From Squalus acanthias (Eukaryota), in NCBI GenBank assembly GCA_030390025.1, contig CM059446.1, forward strand, positions 46,686,001-46,750,000: 64,000 nt of DNA. Direction: 5' to 3'. The stretch's first letter is position 1. Each line of letters opens with the position of its first letter. The notes under the pieces are model-generated. The model saw only the letters and a program-made list of their open reading frames with translations, did no database searches and had not been told where the DNA came from. Positions 50,562 to 64,000 of the stretch are shown here, piece after piece. Both the position numbers and the translations under genes were made by a program.

Positions 50562-51270
50562 GGCCCGGAATTTGTGGTCAGCGATGAGGAAAAGGTGTCC
50601 GTCATTAGCCCCCCAAAGAAAGCTGCCCACAAATTTTGCGATCTCTATGGCGAGAAGTTTGCCTTTCTCAACGTGCAATTGAGATCAGTGTAGTGGGGAT
50701 CCCTAATGCGATGCTGCTGTGACGTCAACAAGTTGTCTAAGCAGCCAATCACAATGCAGAATTCTCCGAGACCAGGAAGTGAAGAAGCTGCTTTTATTCT
50801 GACTTTTAAAAAAATGTTAGAGAGCAAAACAAAGATTGGGGCTCTTGCATGGGGAAAAGGTAAACCTGAAATAAGTATGAACAAACTTTAAAAAAAAAAT
50901 TTTTTAAGTTTCTTGAGAATTAAAATTTTTATCATAATGGAGAAATTTGACACTCCACAAAATAAAAATTAGTTTTTCAGGGCCATAACGTTTGTTTAGC
51001 GGTCAACAACACGCTGTTAAAACCCCAGTTACACCTAATCCAACAAGGTTTAACTTTTAATGGGGTATTTAACAGCGATATTACCGTGGAAAAGCCCAAG
51101 TTTTCGTCTGTTTCACTGGTTTCACGGCTATGGGCGGGTGCCCACATCGCAACCAGTGTCACAGCAGTGAATGACTGACCGCAACTTCAGGATTTCTCCG
51201 TTTACATGCACATGCGCTACAGCCTGAAGTTGCGGTCAGTTTCAAAGAGGTAATAACTGCGAACGCTGTT
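50562..51270. mobile_element. Non-autonomous Harbinger-like element, one end truncated
   Basis: ggcccggaattt end, CCAAT motif, AT-rich core, and an 18-bp palindrome at 51174-51240. Confidence 0.5.
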
Positions 51271-52091
51271 AGTGTCACACTTGCTTCTTGCCCCTTCCCT
51301 TTTCTCTCTTTCTCCCCACCCCCCCCCCCCCCCAAAATTGCACTTTGTTGATGACACCCGTTAAACCGTGTAACCTCAAATTCACTGAGAAATGTAATAG
51401 GAGCTCTGCTAATCTATTTAATTATTTGTAGATATGACAACCGAACAACACCAGACCGTTTTCAACAGTCGGGAAACCTCTCTTCTCTCCCCCCTCCCTC
51501 CACTACCTTGTAGATTTGTCAACACAGTGATGCAATTCTTGTTCAAAAGAACATCACATTACTTGCATGTGACATTATTGCAACAAGTCCTCTTGGATAA
51601 TCTCTGGCCAACAAACTTTATAAACAGCAAAGCTAGTCTGACATGAAAATAGTGGAAATTATCTCCCATGTTTTCAGCTTTTAAAACTATTTTCAAGCTT
51701 GACTAGCTTCTGTTGAATGGAATCCACAATTTCAGCATTTATCTCCATGTAACAGCTTTCAAAATTATTTCTGCAATTCAATATAATCAGTGCAGTTTTT
51801 ACTAGTATGTAGTTTGACATTATAGAAACTAAAAACCGATCTATAACGATATTCCAAAGAAAGAACAGCCCATTCTCATTGCTGGCAGAAGGGTTATTGC
51901 GTTGAGATGCATTCTTTGCCAACATTTGATTAAGGCAGTGTGGTAGCTTGGCTCATTTGCATTCAAATCCCAATCATAGCCAGACCATCAGAAGCAATAA
52001 ATGGAAACTGGTCAGATTCCAAAAGGCAAAACTTGAAGCTGCATTTCTGGCCAGGAGAATTTGCTCCTAGCTGCATATTTCCAGGGGTTAA

Positions 52092-52352
52092 AAAATACAG
52101 AAAATGCTGGGAATACTCAGCAGGTCAGGCAGCATCTATGCAGAGAGAAACAGAGTAAACGTTTCAGGTCAATGACCTTTCATCAGAAACCAATTTTCTT
52201 CCCTTTGTACAAAAGGAAGATAAACCGATGACTTAGGTTATCAACCTGAAATGTTAACTCTGTTTGTCTCTTCACAGATGCTGCCTGACCACCTGAGTAT
52301 TTCCAGCATTTTCTGTTTTTCATATTTCCAGTATCCGCAGTATTTTGCTTTT
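52092..52352. mobile_element. Penelope-derived fold-back element (diverged)
   Basis: Two imperfect inverted arms of the cagaaaatgctgg...tttcaggtc motif. Minus strand 52153-52189 retains CTGATGA AAGGTC ATT GACCT GAAAC GTT. Confidence 0.7.
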
Positions 52353-53137
52353 GTAAAAAAAAACAAGTCTTTTGTGACCATTGAAAGAAGTTTCCCATCT
52401 GCTATTTTGTTTTTCTCATTCTCCCCCCGCCCCCTTACTGTACATCATGGGGAACCTAAAGGGGAGGAGGAATTTACAGTGTCAGCATAAAAAAATAAAG
52501 TGAAAAGGAAGCTTTCACTTGTAGCTCATTCAATCCCCACAGACATGCAGGGAATGTGTTGAAATACATATCCAAGCTAACCCCAAGGAAGTGCATTTAT
52601 GGTTTGAGATGGAGGAGAATTTTGATTGAACGTATTCCACTACTCCAGTAAACAATGGGAGGAAATGTCATAACAAACAAAATACAGATGAAAAAGAAAC
52701 TGTAAAGGCTGGCAATAGAGCAGGTCTGTCAGCAGCTGTAAATAAAAATGGTTAATAAAGTCTAAACCCTTTGTCGGAACTTTCCAATGAAGGATCCATG
52801 CTCGAAATATTTTAAAGAGAGAATACACACAGATGTGCACATACTATATTATTCTCTAAGAATGTCGAACTATCGCATATTCTTGTTGAATTATTAACTA
52901 GTTATCGGTTTAGGCTGCGGGTGCTTGAGGCTTTACTGTGTTGTAGTTTTTTTGTCAGTTACAGAAACAATAGTTATTATGTTCAACTACTTTCTATAAT
53001 TTTTTTGTCATTCAAATGCTATTTAAATATTTTCCTTCTGGGGGAAGATGTGTGCTGTTTATAGTGGAATCATCAACGTGTTGATAAAGAACTAGTTTTA
53101 AGATTTAGCAATCAATAGCGAATAATGGAAATCTTTT

Positions 53138-53231
53138 AATAAAAACAGAAAATGCTGGAAATACTCAGCAAGTCAGGCAGCATCTGTGGAGAGAGAAACG
53201 GTCAACGTTTCAGGTCGATGACCTTTTGTCA
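53138..53231 (-). mobile_element. Short Penelope-derived element, same family as 5584-5804
   Basis: 14-bp TSD aatggaaatctttt (53124-53137 / 53232-53245); ends within the hammerhead core. Confidence 0.75.
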
Positions 53232-54034
53232 AATGGAAATCTTTTCCCTCCCTGCCCCCATTAGTCTGATGTGTTGAGTTCAGGTACAGCAGGTTTTACC
53301 TTCAGATACGTGCAACTTCTACCGCACCTAAATGGAAATTATTGGTTAATTAGGACACACCTGATAACTATATTTTTGTTCCCAATAGGGAGAAAACACA
53401 ATTTATTTTAAAATGCCACTGTTATGCTTTTGGGTTTTTACACTAGATATTTTCCCTGGTTTCAGTGTCATTGCCATCTCCATAAGCAGACGTTACATTC
53501 CCTGCAAACCAGCGTGTGCCTTTAGTAAAAGTAGCGAGACCCAGGTGTCAAACTGAGAGCCCTTGGTACTGTTCACCAGGTTACTGCAATATAGCATATG
53601 CTGCTGCATGATTTCCTCATCTATGGTAGGCATAAGAATATAAGCTGGGCTTTCTGCTCCTACATTCACCAGCCCTTTCTGCCCATTAAAGTGAGTGGGT
53701 GTGCTGAGGTCAGACATAGAAAGGCCTGGCAATAGAGTCTTGGCTCAGGCTATGAGCTAATGTACCAAATGTTAAACAGGAAAATGAACAGTAATCAATG
53801 AAAACCTGATATTTACAGTAATTACAATCCTCAATGTCAATAACACCGCAACCCTCCTGCTGTAATAATCCTCAACAATAAACTGACAATTTAAATATGG
53901 TTGTTTACTTCTTACATGGTTTATCTGTTACCACAGAGACTTCTGTCTAGCCCTGTATTCAGAATAGTTCCATTCTTATCTATCCAGTCGTAGCCAGAGC
54001 ATCACTGGGAACGGCTGGCTCTTCCCACTCCCAC

Positions 54035-54403
54035 ATATTATTTTAAAGTTCTCATCCTTGTTTTCAAATCCCTCCATGGCCTTGCCCCTCTCTATCTTCG
54101 TAACCTCCTACAACCCTCCGAGATATCTGTGCTCCCCCAATTATGGTCTTATGCACATCCCCAATTTCAATTGCTTTAGCATCCGTGCCTTCAGCTGCCT
54201 AGGCTGTAAGCTCTGAAATTCCCTCCCTAAACCTCTACACCTCTCTTTCCTCCTCTGAGACGCTCCTTAAAACCTACCTCTTTCATCTGCCCTAATATCA
54301 CCTTATGTGGCTCGGTGTCAAATTTTGTTTGATCACGTTCCTGTGAAGCGCCTTGGGATGTTTTACTACGTTAAAGGCGCTATATAAATGCAAGTTTTTG
54401 TTG
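54035..54403 (+). mobile_element. L2 LINE 3' end
   Basis: Homologous to 548-950 and 45870-46198. Confidence 0.8.
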
Positions 54404-56210
54404 TATCTCTGCTGGGTTCCAGCTGACTGTGATGCCCACAATGTAACTCCACATTGATTTGAAGATATCCCAAAAGACATTAAAACTGAATTCCTCATAA
54501 CTACATTGGGATGGTAAGAGGATCACAGTATACAAAATGGAATTTTCCTATACAAATGCAGCTGCTAAACAAACTTGCTCCAAGCAGGATGGAATGATTT
54601 GACCCACTGATCAGTTTGAAGCTCTTTGAATGATCTATGAAATAGATCCTTATCGAAGGGCAATGACAGCAATCAACTGGCACATATCAAGGCCTTGTCG
54701 TGAAGAGTGTGTATCAGTCTGGGGTGTATATTCTCTGCCGCCTGCAGAATCCCTTAGCAATACCCACTTTTAACCCTGTGTGTGATGTGACCAGCAAGAA
54801 AAATATCCATAAATAATCATAAACAAAAATGTTTTATTTTTGTCACAGCTTATTTAAAGGTGTGACATTTTTTTGAAGAAGATCTACCATATTTATTTTT
54901 AAATTAGTTCTTTGGATGTGGGCGATGCTAGCAAGGCCACATTTATTACCCATCCCAAGTTGCTCCGAGAAGGTGGTGTTGAGCTGGCACCCTGCACTGC
55001 TGCAGTCTTGTGGTGATGGTGCTCCCATGTTAGTATTAGGTAGGGAATTATAAAATATTGATCCACTATATGTCCAAGTCAGGATGGTGGGGATATTGGG
55101 GCTGATCGTGTTCCCACAACATTGCTGCTCTTGTTCTTTTCAATGGTAAAGGTCACCGGGCACTAAGGTGATGTTGAAGTAATTATAGAGTTGCTGCAGT
55201 GTGTCTTGTAGATCATATGTTCTGCAACCCCAGTGCACCGATGATGGAGGAACTGGATATTGAGTTCAGTGGCAAAGGTGGCTATCTAGTGAGCTGCTCT
55301 GTCTTTGAGGATGTTGAGCTTCTTGAATGTTGCAGCTGTACCTATCCAGGTGAGTGATCGGTATTCCATCACACTCCTGGCTTGAGCCTTGTAGATGATG
55401 GAGAGGCTTTGAAGGGTCAGAAAGTGGGCCACACATCACAAAGTATCCAGCCTCTGCCACATTATTGCTATTACTGGTCTACTTAAGCTTCTGGTCAGCA
55501 GTGATCCTAAAGATGTTGATGGTAAGGACTTAGCGATTGGTGGTGCCATTAAAGGTCAGGTAGAGGTGGATGAGCCTTTTTTTGTTGGAGATAGTTATTA
55601 TCCACCATTTATGTGGTGCGAATGTTAACCTACCATTTAAAGGGATCCTTTATATACAGAGCCTTGTTCATATGGATGCTGAATCATTGAGTATATTCAA
55701 GGCTAAGATCGATAGATTTTTGCACTCTAGGGTAATCAAGGGATATTGAGATGAGGCGGGAAAGTGGAATTGAGGTTGAAGATCAGCCGTGATCTTATTA
55801 AATAGCGGAGCAGGATCGAGGAGCCGTATGGCGTAGTCCTGCTCCTAAGTCTTATGTTCTTATTGACGGTACTATTACTGATTCCTTCCACCACTTTACC
55901 GATGATTGGAAGGAGGCTGATAGGGCAGTAATTGGTTGTGTTTCATTTAGCCTGTTTTTTGTGGCTAAATTATGTTCCACACTGTTGGGTAGATGCCAGT
56001 TTCATAGCTGTACTGGAAGAGCTTGGTTAGGAGGGGGTGGTGAGCTCTGGTGCACAGATCTTCAGCACCACAGCTGGGATGTTGTCACATTACATAGAGT
56101 CTACTGCACAGAAACAGGCCATTCGGCTCAACTGGTCCATGCCAGCATTTATGCTCCACACAAGCCTCCTTCCCACCCCTCTTCATCTAACCCGATAAGC
56201 ATATCCTTCT

Positions 56211-56315
56211 TAAATAGAAACAGAAAATGCTGGAAATACTCAGCAGGTCAGGCAGCATCTGTGGAGAGAGAAACCGAGTTAACGTTTTAGGTGGATGACC
56301 TTTCGTCAGAACAGA
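56211..56315 (-). mobile_element. Short Penelope-derived element, same family
   Basis: 14-bp TSD aagcatatccttct (56197-56210 / 56316-56329). Minus strand GTT CTGACGA AAGGTC ATC CACCT AAAAC GTT AAC is a hammerhead with a mutated core. Confidence 0.75.
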
Positions 56316-57444
56316 AAGCATATCCTTCTCGTCAGGCCCGTAACATGCTGGGCTCCACCATGGTTGAGGATGGGGATGTTCATGAAGCCTCCTCCTCCTG
56401 TTGGCCATCTGGCTGTCAACCACCATTCCTGACTGGATGTGGTAGGCCTGGAGAACTTTGTTCTAATCTGTTGGTTGTGGGTGTGCGAAGCTCTGTCTGT
56501 AGCCTGCTGCTTTTGGTGTTTAGCATGCAGGTGGCCCTGTGTTGCAGCTTCACTAGGTTAGGCTGTGACCATGGTGTACAAGACACAGCCCAATCACATT
56601 GTCACCTTTTCAGTAAAAGTCCAGACAAGTTGCTCTCTTTTTATTTATTTACAACATGAAATGACTGGGTGTGTTAATGGGTGTTACAGACTAGAAGATT
56701 ACCAGTTTTGAATCTTGGCCTGTGCTGAGTTACCTGATTTTTAGACATGCAGTCTTTTGGTGCACACATGACGAAGAGCCACTTAAGTTAGAAGAGGCCA
56801 GCTGGCAGCCCTGGAGCTATACCTCCAATATAGATTAGTGCCTTCCGGAGAGATGGGGAGGAAAGTAAGTTTGTTTTAATGTTAGTAGTGTTTTATAAGT
56901 GGTTAATTACCTGTTTTGTGTAACTACCTATTTAGGTAGGAACAGACTTTTAACTAAATAAACATGGGAGAAGTGTCTTCAATCTTGCCAACAGACAGCA
57001 ACAGAGCCTTGGGCTTAACGGAGCTGATCTTGATCCTATTTATATGTACAAACTGGGGGTGAGGGGAAACTCCCAAGTCCAACTTGAAATGACTAACCGA
57101 TTAACGCAGAGCAGATGAGATATGACCCACATAAGTTGGTTGTGGCTAATTGGGGGAATCCCTAGCGAACTCCAAAAATGACTGTTGATGGAGTGCACTA
57201 GTTTCTGCTGATGCTTGAGAATCATTGGCTGTAGATTATTAATCTGGGGCCAGTATTGTTCCCCAAATCCTGAGATTGCAGGAAGTCCTATGGAGCTGTT
57301 GGCCCTACATAGAATTGGTCCCCACTTGTGGCATCTGTTGCTTGCCAATAAAATAATTCTGCTCATAATGAAGTTCTCAATATGTGTTGGCGACATGAGT
57401 CCCATAAATAACCGCAAACCATACATTCAGTATAATAATAATAA

Positions 57445-57905
57445 TAGACTTGTGAGCAAAATTGAAGCCCGTGGGATTAAAGGGGCAGTCAGTGGCTGCA
57501 TGGATATGAAATTGGCTAAGGGACAGAAAGCAGAGAGTAGTGGTGAACAGTTGTTTTTCAGACTGGAGGGAAGTGTGCAGTGGTGGCCTCCAGACACTGT
57601 TTCCTCTGGCAGAATGGTCAGTAACCAAGAGGACACAGATTTAAGGTAATTGGCAAAAGTACCAGAGGCGACACAAGGAAACACAATTTTACGCAGCGAG
57701 TTGTTGTGATCTGGAATGTGCTGCCTGAAAGGGTGGTGGAAGCAGATTCAATAATAACTTTCAAAAGGGAATTGGATAAATACTTGAAGTGGAAACATAT
57801 TCAAGGCTATGGGGAAAGAACAGGGGAGTGGAACTAATTGGATTTCTCTTTCGCAGGCACGATGGGCTGAATGGCTGCCTTCTGTGATGTATCATTCTAT
57901 GATTC
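57445..57905 (+). mobile_element. CR1 fragment with internal deletion
   Basis: RLVSKIEARGIKG peptide followed by the 3' tail cattctatgattc. Confidence 0.75.
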
Positions 57906-58264
57906 AATCTCTAAATTTTCCATTTGTGTAAATTCCAATGAATAAAAATACCATCTCCCACCACCAAAACTTTGGAATTTTGCCAAGACAATTGCTGTGA
58001 CCTCTGAGTCATTCAACAAGGGGAAGCTATCGACATGAGGTTGTTTTGGAGCCATAGTTAAGTTCTGTGGCTAGAAGTAACATATTTTAAAATGGTTCCT
58101 AACAGTAAGACTTATAGCCATTAAAGCTTCTTCATGTGTATTGCCTCAATATGTGGTACAATTTTGAAATTAATGATTCCCAATAAATTGTAGACCAGTT
58201 CCCACCCATTTGGTGTCTCAATGTGTTCTCACATTTGGGCTGTGGCTGATTTTGGATGCAGAAT

Positions 58265-59015
58265 TTATCATCTAAAGGGTACAATTCTAAAGGGGGTGCA
58301 TGAACGGAGAGACCTGGGGGTATATGTGCACAAATCGTTGAAGGTGGCAGGGCAGGTTGAGAAAGCGGTCAAAAAAGCATACGGGATCCTGGACTTCATA
58401 AATTGAGGCATAGAGTACAAAAGCAAGGAAGTTATGATGAACCTTTATAAAACACTGGTCTGGCCTCAACTGGAGTATTTTGTCCAATTCTGGGCACTGC
58501 ACTTTAGGAAGGATGTGAAGGCCTGAGAGAGGGTGCAGAAAAGATTTACAAGAATGGTTCCAGGGATGAGAGACTTCAGTTACGTGGATAGACTGGAGAA
58601 GCTGGAGTTGTTCTCCTTGAAGCAGAGAAGGTTGAGAGGAGATTTGATAGAGCTGTTCAAAATCATGATGGATCTAGAAGTAGATAGAGAGGAACTGATC
58701 CCCTTGATGGAAGGATCAAGAACCAGAGGACACAGATTTAAGATGATGATTAGCAGAAGAACCAAAGGTGACATGAGGAAAAACTTTTTTACGCAGCGAG
58801 TGGTTAGGATCTGGCATGCACTGTCTGAGAGGGTGGTGGAGGCAGACTCAATCGTGGCTTTCAAAAGGGAATTGGATAAGTACCTGAAGGAACAAAAATT
58901 GCAGGGCTGCGGGGAGTGGGACGAGCTGAAGTGCTCTTGCAGAGAGCTGGCACGGGCTCGACGGGCCGAATACCCTCCTGTGCTGTAACCATTCTATGAT
59001 ACTATGATTCTATGA
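58265..59015 (+). mobile_element. CR1 3' fragment
   Basis: ORF 58533-58988; (attctatg)-like tail. Confidence 0.88.
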
Positions 59016-59710
59016 TCTGTAGCCATACAATCACATTGAATGTTAAATAAAATGCTTGTTCTTCACTTTTTGTTAAAATTATCCTAAAATAGTTGTTGCA
59101 TTTTTAATGTTGACCAATACAGATTCCACACCTGCCCATCTAAACTGGCACCGCACCCAGTAGTAATGTTCAATCGAGAGTGTAAATACATCCCAATTAA
59201 AACAAAAGGCATGTGGCTGCAACTTGCACACCATATTTTTTAGTAGTTCTGTTCTAGCCTTCTGTAGGGTTTGAGGCCTGTTACATTCAGGCTCTTTAAT
59301 ACCTATTCAACCCTTGTGTCCAAGAAAAGTATAGAATAAGTTTGAATTTACACACAATTTGCTGATCCAACATTGTTCACTGGTAATCTGGAGTGTGTGT
59401 GATATTGCTACGAAGATGGAGCGCTGTTTTACTTGGCCTGTCCCTTAAGGCATCAAATACCTTTTGGGCTTTTTAAAAATAATTTTGACACTCTAAAATG
59501 CGATGGAGGTTTTCTAGGTACAAGACTCTTGTTTATAAATGGATAAAGTGTTGCTGGTACATTAAGGTAATCCTGTCTAAAATAGCTACACGGTAAAGTT
59601 GTCTCTACTTTGCCTGAACCCTAACTCAGAAGGGTACCAGTGTAAACTTTCCTATTCCACGATGGGCTACTCTTGTGGGCCTGTCTGATAAGTTGATATT
59701 GGTTTCTCGT

Positions 59711-61435
59711 GGCCAGAATTTAGGGCCGCGATTTTGCCGGGCAGTGGCGAGCGGTGGCGGGTCTTGGCCCTGCTGCTGGCTCCATCGCGGCCTCCGAAAT
59801 GACTTTCCGATGATTGGGCTTGTAAGCCCGCCCAGCATGTTTCCCGGCCAAATGAAGGAAGCGGGTCTGATGACATCATTTCGTCATCAGCCGGTTTCCT
59901 TAAGGGATCATGTCCAAATTTTGTTTGACAGTTGTGCTGTCAGTGTTCTGCAGCATTGAGGTGTTGCAAACACTGACCAGCACTGCACAGAGGTGCATGG
60001 CTGCAGCCAGGCTCTCCCATGGCTCCCTCCATATGCTTATGGAAGGAGTCACAGCACGCAGGGAGGTCGTCTTTTCTTCCCATGGGCGGAAGAGACCTCC
60101 CCAGGAGACCAACGCAGCCTGGTTGCACATTGCATAGGAGGGCACAAGCAGGGATGTCATCAGGAGGACCTGGCTGCAGTGGCGCAAACCATTCAGTGAT
60201 CTCAGAAACATTACTGCAAAGCGCCACACAACCTCATCCTGCTGTGCCACTCATCACATCCCCATCACTCTGCCTTCCCTACCCTACTCCTGCACATCCT
60301 TACACCAACTCACCTCTGCCCATCCCTCTCCATCTACATTATCACATCCCTATCTCACTAGCCACCCTTCACACTCACCCTCATCCTAGTCCAATAATAC
60401 CAACTAACAGCACAAAAGGGTAGGCACTTGGGTGTTTTAGCCAATGTTCATGTAAAGTTTCTGTTAATGTGCTGTCAAACATTGAAATCTTTATTTGCAA
60501 CACTTTGCGTTCTTGGACAGATTTGTGTGCACCTTTGGAAGTGGCTTAGTGAGTCACAGTGAATGGTGAGACATAACGGTACCCCCGTGTGAAAGGAATG
60601 GCTTAGGCATTGTAGGGATGCTTTATGTTGGTGTGGGGTGGTGCCAACCTGGCGCATCATTTGGCAGCCAGGGTTTACAGCATCATGTGAAGTAAATGTG
60701 GCCATGGTGAGGCCATCCCTGGCCTCCTGGGCAGTAATGTGCACGGGTGCTGATGCCCTATGTCCTGTGCAGCATCAGGTGATTGCGGAGAAGGTTGGTG
60801 TTGTTGTTGGTGCTGCTGGTGTGCCTGATGCTGCTGGTGCTGGGGTTGATCGTGGTGGGATTCTGAGGACCAAGGTGAGAGAGTGTCAAGGGCACCGATG
60901 TTGCTGGAATAGATGACAGGTGAAGTAGAGATGACAGAAGTGATCTGTCAATGGTGGGAGAGATAATGAGGTCAGACTGCATGGAGACTTGTGTAAAGAC
61001 TTGCAGCATCCTGAATCTGTAGTGGAAATGCAGTTTAGAGAAGCTACTGGTTAAGGGAACATATCTCAATCAGCTGGGAGCTTTGACTTGACATTTGAAG
61101 CTGTCAACTCCTCAACTGATTCAATGGTCACTGACCTCCTGCCTCAGTTTCACAGACGAGGTCTAGGCACAGCAGGAAACCAGTGGGTGACCTGTCAAAT
61201 CCAAAAGGCTGGGAGAAAAAACCATTGATAAGTGGCTGTAAACAAACCACTAATGATTTTAATTGCCTCCCCTACCGCTGCCTGTCGGGTCTGCTCAGCG
61301 CTGAGCAGACCCGACATTGGGAAAGTCCAGTGTGTGCATTTTGACAGCGGGTTCCTGACCCGCTGTCAATCATTTTAAATTTAACAGCTGACCCGCCACC
61401 CATCCCGTCCACTGAATGCCAGCAAAATTCCGGCC
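59711..61435. mobile_element. Internally deleted PIF/Harbinger element
   Basis: TIRs ggccagaattt / aaattccggcc. The + strand carries a Myb/SANT relic ARREVVFSSHGRKRPP...AWLHIA*E...RRTWLQWRKPFSDL (about 59997-60205); the minus strand carries a possible transposase C-terminus near 60690-60760. Confidence 0.68.
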
Positions 61436-62029
61436 TAAGATTATTCCAGTTCTATCCTGGAAATACCAGAAGCAGTCCTTTGTATTTTGGGCCAATTGTA
61501 CATGCATGTATTGTGGGTCACTACACAATCCATTCTTACAAACATAATCCAGAACCTAAATTGGCCTTGAAACTCTATTAGAAAATTGGAACAAAGCAAG
61601 GCTCGGGTTTACCTGGCAATTTGCTTCCAAAAGTTGGTATTTCAGGGAGTCTGATAATACTACTAATTTACTGAATCTAAGTGCGTTTGTACTTTGGAGT
61701 CATGCCAACCAAGAATTGGTTTTAAACTCCTTTTTGTACTTCAGCAAATGGACACCTGATTCTCATGCTAATTCTGTCACATCTGGTGTTGAACTCCCAG
61801 AGCCTGCCAGCATCCAAGTTGACCTTGACCAGTGTGTAATGCAGACTAGTTAGGAACCTTACATGTAAACTCCACTTTTGAATCCCTAGAACATTGACAT
61901 CAGCCCCTCTCAACTGCTCTTGCCCTTCCATAGTCAGCTCACACCTCTGTGCAACAGTTCTCCCTTTCTCTATTTAGATGGTCCCCCCCCCCCCCCAGGC
62001 TTCCCCTGTCCTAGCACTGAACCCATATT

Positions 62030-62880
62030 ACAAAGAATTTCCAGCATAGAATCAGGCCATTCAACCCAACAGGTCTATGCTGGTGTTTATGCTCCACATG
62101 AGCCTCGTCCCACTCTACTTCATCTCACCCTATCAGCATATCCTTCTATTCCTTTCTCCCTTGTGGTATTTATCTAGCTTCCCCTTAAATGCGTCTGATA
62201 TTCTCATCAACTACTCCATCATGTGGTAACAAGTTCCACTCTCTGGGTAAAGAGGTTTCTCCTGATTTCCTTATTGGATTTATTAGTGACTATTTTATAC
62301 TGATGACCAACGTTCCCTGTGAGCTGCGCTTTGTTCTGCACGGCCTGTTTCTTTCAGTGCGCGGTCCCTTTAAATTTTCGCGCAAGCGCGGTTTTTACAA
62401 TGAAGAAGCCCATGACCAACCAGCGCGGGATCCTTTCCCATTACTGCGCGACCGTGCAGCTTGGAAGCAACATTGCTGATGACCCCCTAGTTCTGGTCTC
62501 CCCCACAAGTGGAAACGTCTTCTTTACGTCTACATTATCAAACCCCTTCATAATTTTAAAGACCTCTATTACATAGAATTACATAGAACATAGCACAGAA
62601 ACAGGCCATTCGGCCCAACCTGTCCGTGCTGGCATTTATGCGCCACTCGAGCCTCCTCCCATCCTTCCTCATCTAACTCTATCAGCATAACCCTCTATTC
62701 ACTTCTCCCTCATATGCTTATCTAGCCTCCCTTAAATGCAGCTATACCATTCGCCTCAACCAGTCCCTGTGGTAGCGAGTTCCACATTCTCCCCTTAGCC
62801 TTCTCTTTTTTAGAGAAAAGAGCCCCAGCTTGTTCAGTCTTTCCTCATAATTATAACCTCTCTAGTATTATTCTTGTAAA
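62030..62880 (-). mobile_element. Two tandem CR1 3' fragments
   Basis: Two reverse-strand CR1 tails, at about 62030-62570 and 62571-62880. Confidence 0.7.
62308..62475. mobile_element. hAT-type MITE (same family as 2874-2979) inserted in a CR1 tail
   Basis: Perfect 8-bp TSD ctgatgac (62300-62307 / 62476-62483); ends caacgttccc ... agcaacattg. Confidence 0.78.
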
Positions 62881-62896
62881 AGAACTTTGCCACGAC

Positions 62897-63298
62897 AATA
62901 ACTTGCATTTATATAGTGCCTTTAACATAGTAAAACGTCCCAAAGTGCTTCACAGTAGCGTTATCAAACAAAATTTGACACCGAGCCACATAAGGAGATA
63001 TTATAACAGATGACCAAAAGCTTGGTAAAAGATGTAGGCTTTAAGGGGCGTCTTAAAGGAGGAAAGAGAGGTGGAGAGATTTATAGAGGGAATTCCAGAG
63101 CTTAGGGCCTCAGCTGCTGAAGGCTCGACCGCCAAAGGTGGAATGATTAAAATCGGGGATGCTCAAGAGGCCAGAATTGAAGGAGCGCAGATATCTAGGA
63201 GGGTTGTAGGGCTGGAGAGTAGGAGGGGAGAGACCATGGATGATTTTGAAAACAAGGATGAGAATTTTAAAATCGAGGCATTGCTTAACTGGGTGTAG
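62897..63298 (-). mobile_element. L2 LINE 3' end
   Basis: VKQCLDFKILILVFK peptide; homologous to 548-960. Confidence 0.82.
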
Positions 63299-63424
63299 AT
63301 AAATGTAGGTAAATATTGAATTATCTACTGAAAATAGATCAGAGCAAACTTGTATATGGAGGATGAACGTTAAGCACAATAGAATCAAGAGAGAGAAAAG
63401 AAACTCCAAAATGTTAAATTGAAT

Positions 63425-64000
63425 GTCTCAATGCAGCAAGACCTGAACAACATTCAGGTTTGGGCTGGTAAGTGGCAAGTAACATTCATGCCACACAAAT
63501 ACCAGGCAATAACTATTTCCAACAAGAGAGAGTCTAACCACCTCCCCTTGACATTCAATGGCATTACCATAGTCAAATTCTCCAGCATCAACATCCTGGA
63601 GGGTTACCATTGACCAGAAACCTAATGGGACCAGCAACATAAATGCCGTGGCTACAAGAGCAGGTCAGAGGCTAGGTATTCTGTGGCGAGTGAGTTACCT
63701 CCTGACTCCCCAAAACCTTTCCACCATCTACAAGGCACAAGTCAGGAATGTGATGGAATGCTCTTCACTTGCCTGGATGAGTGTAGCTCCAACATCATTC
63801 AAGAAGCTCAACACCATCCAGGATAAAGCAGCCCGCTTGATTGGCACCCCATCCACCACCTTAAACATTCACTCCCTCCACCACCGGCGCACCGTGGCTG
63901 CAGTGTGTACCATCTACAAGATGCACTGCAGCAACTTGCCAAGGCTTCTTCAACAGCACCTCCCAAACCCGTGACCTCTACCACTGAGAAGGACAAGGGC
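63425..64000 (+). mobile_element. CR1/L2-group LINE fragment (family of 23092-24112), runs off the window
   Basis: ORF 63648-63974 ATRAGQRLGILWRVS... Confidence 0.85.

Noticed and set aside
40000-64000. MAPK6 terminal exon expected by synteny
   Set aside because: No kinase or MAPK6 C-terminal peptide recognisable in the ORF track or by eye.

Overview
Vertebrate genomic DNA, almost certainly from a cartilaginous fish (shark-type SINE, CR1, L2 and Penelope repeats). It holds two + strand protein-coding genes in the known GNB5-BCL2L10 order. The first is the last five coding exons and 3' UTR of GNB5 (G protein beta-5; 3284-19083, polyA signal 20268). The second is a complete two-exon BCL2L10/Nr-13/Nrz gene (35933-36481 + 38823-38945, 223 aa) in a CpG island. 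No further gene is recognisable from about 40 to 64 kb. Much of the rest is transposon-derived: CR1, L2, Tx1-like and other LINE fragments, tRNA-derived SINEs, PIF/Harbinger relics and MITEs, hAT MITEs, and several multi-level nests. Most notable observations: (1) short TSD-flanked Penelope-derived insertions carrying minimal type I hammerhead ribozyme motifs, one apparently intact (25963-26000, minus) and one forming a perfect 94-bp hairpin in a GNB5 intron; (2) a tripartite chimeric retrocopy (Tx1 3' end / spliced ferritin mRNA / Tx1 3' end) with a 16-bp TSD directly upstream of the BCL2L10 promoter; (3) four tandem RFX X-box palindromes in the BCL2L10 5' region; (4) an Ala/Pro/Glu-rich insertion and a possible non-AUG N-terminal extension in the Bcl-2-family protein. 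Repeat boundaries are approximate unless a TSD or TIR is quoted. Family names come from motif recognition, not from database searches.
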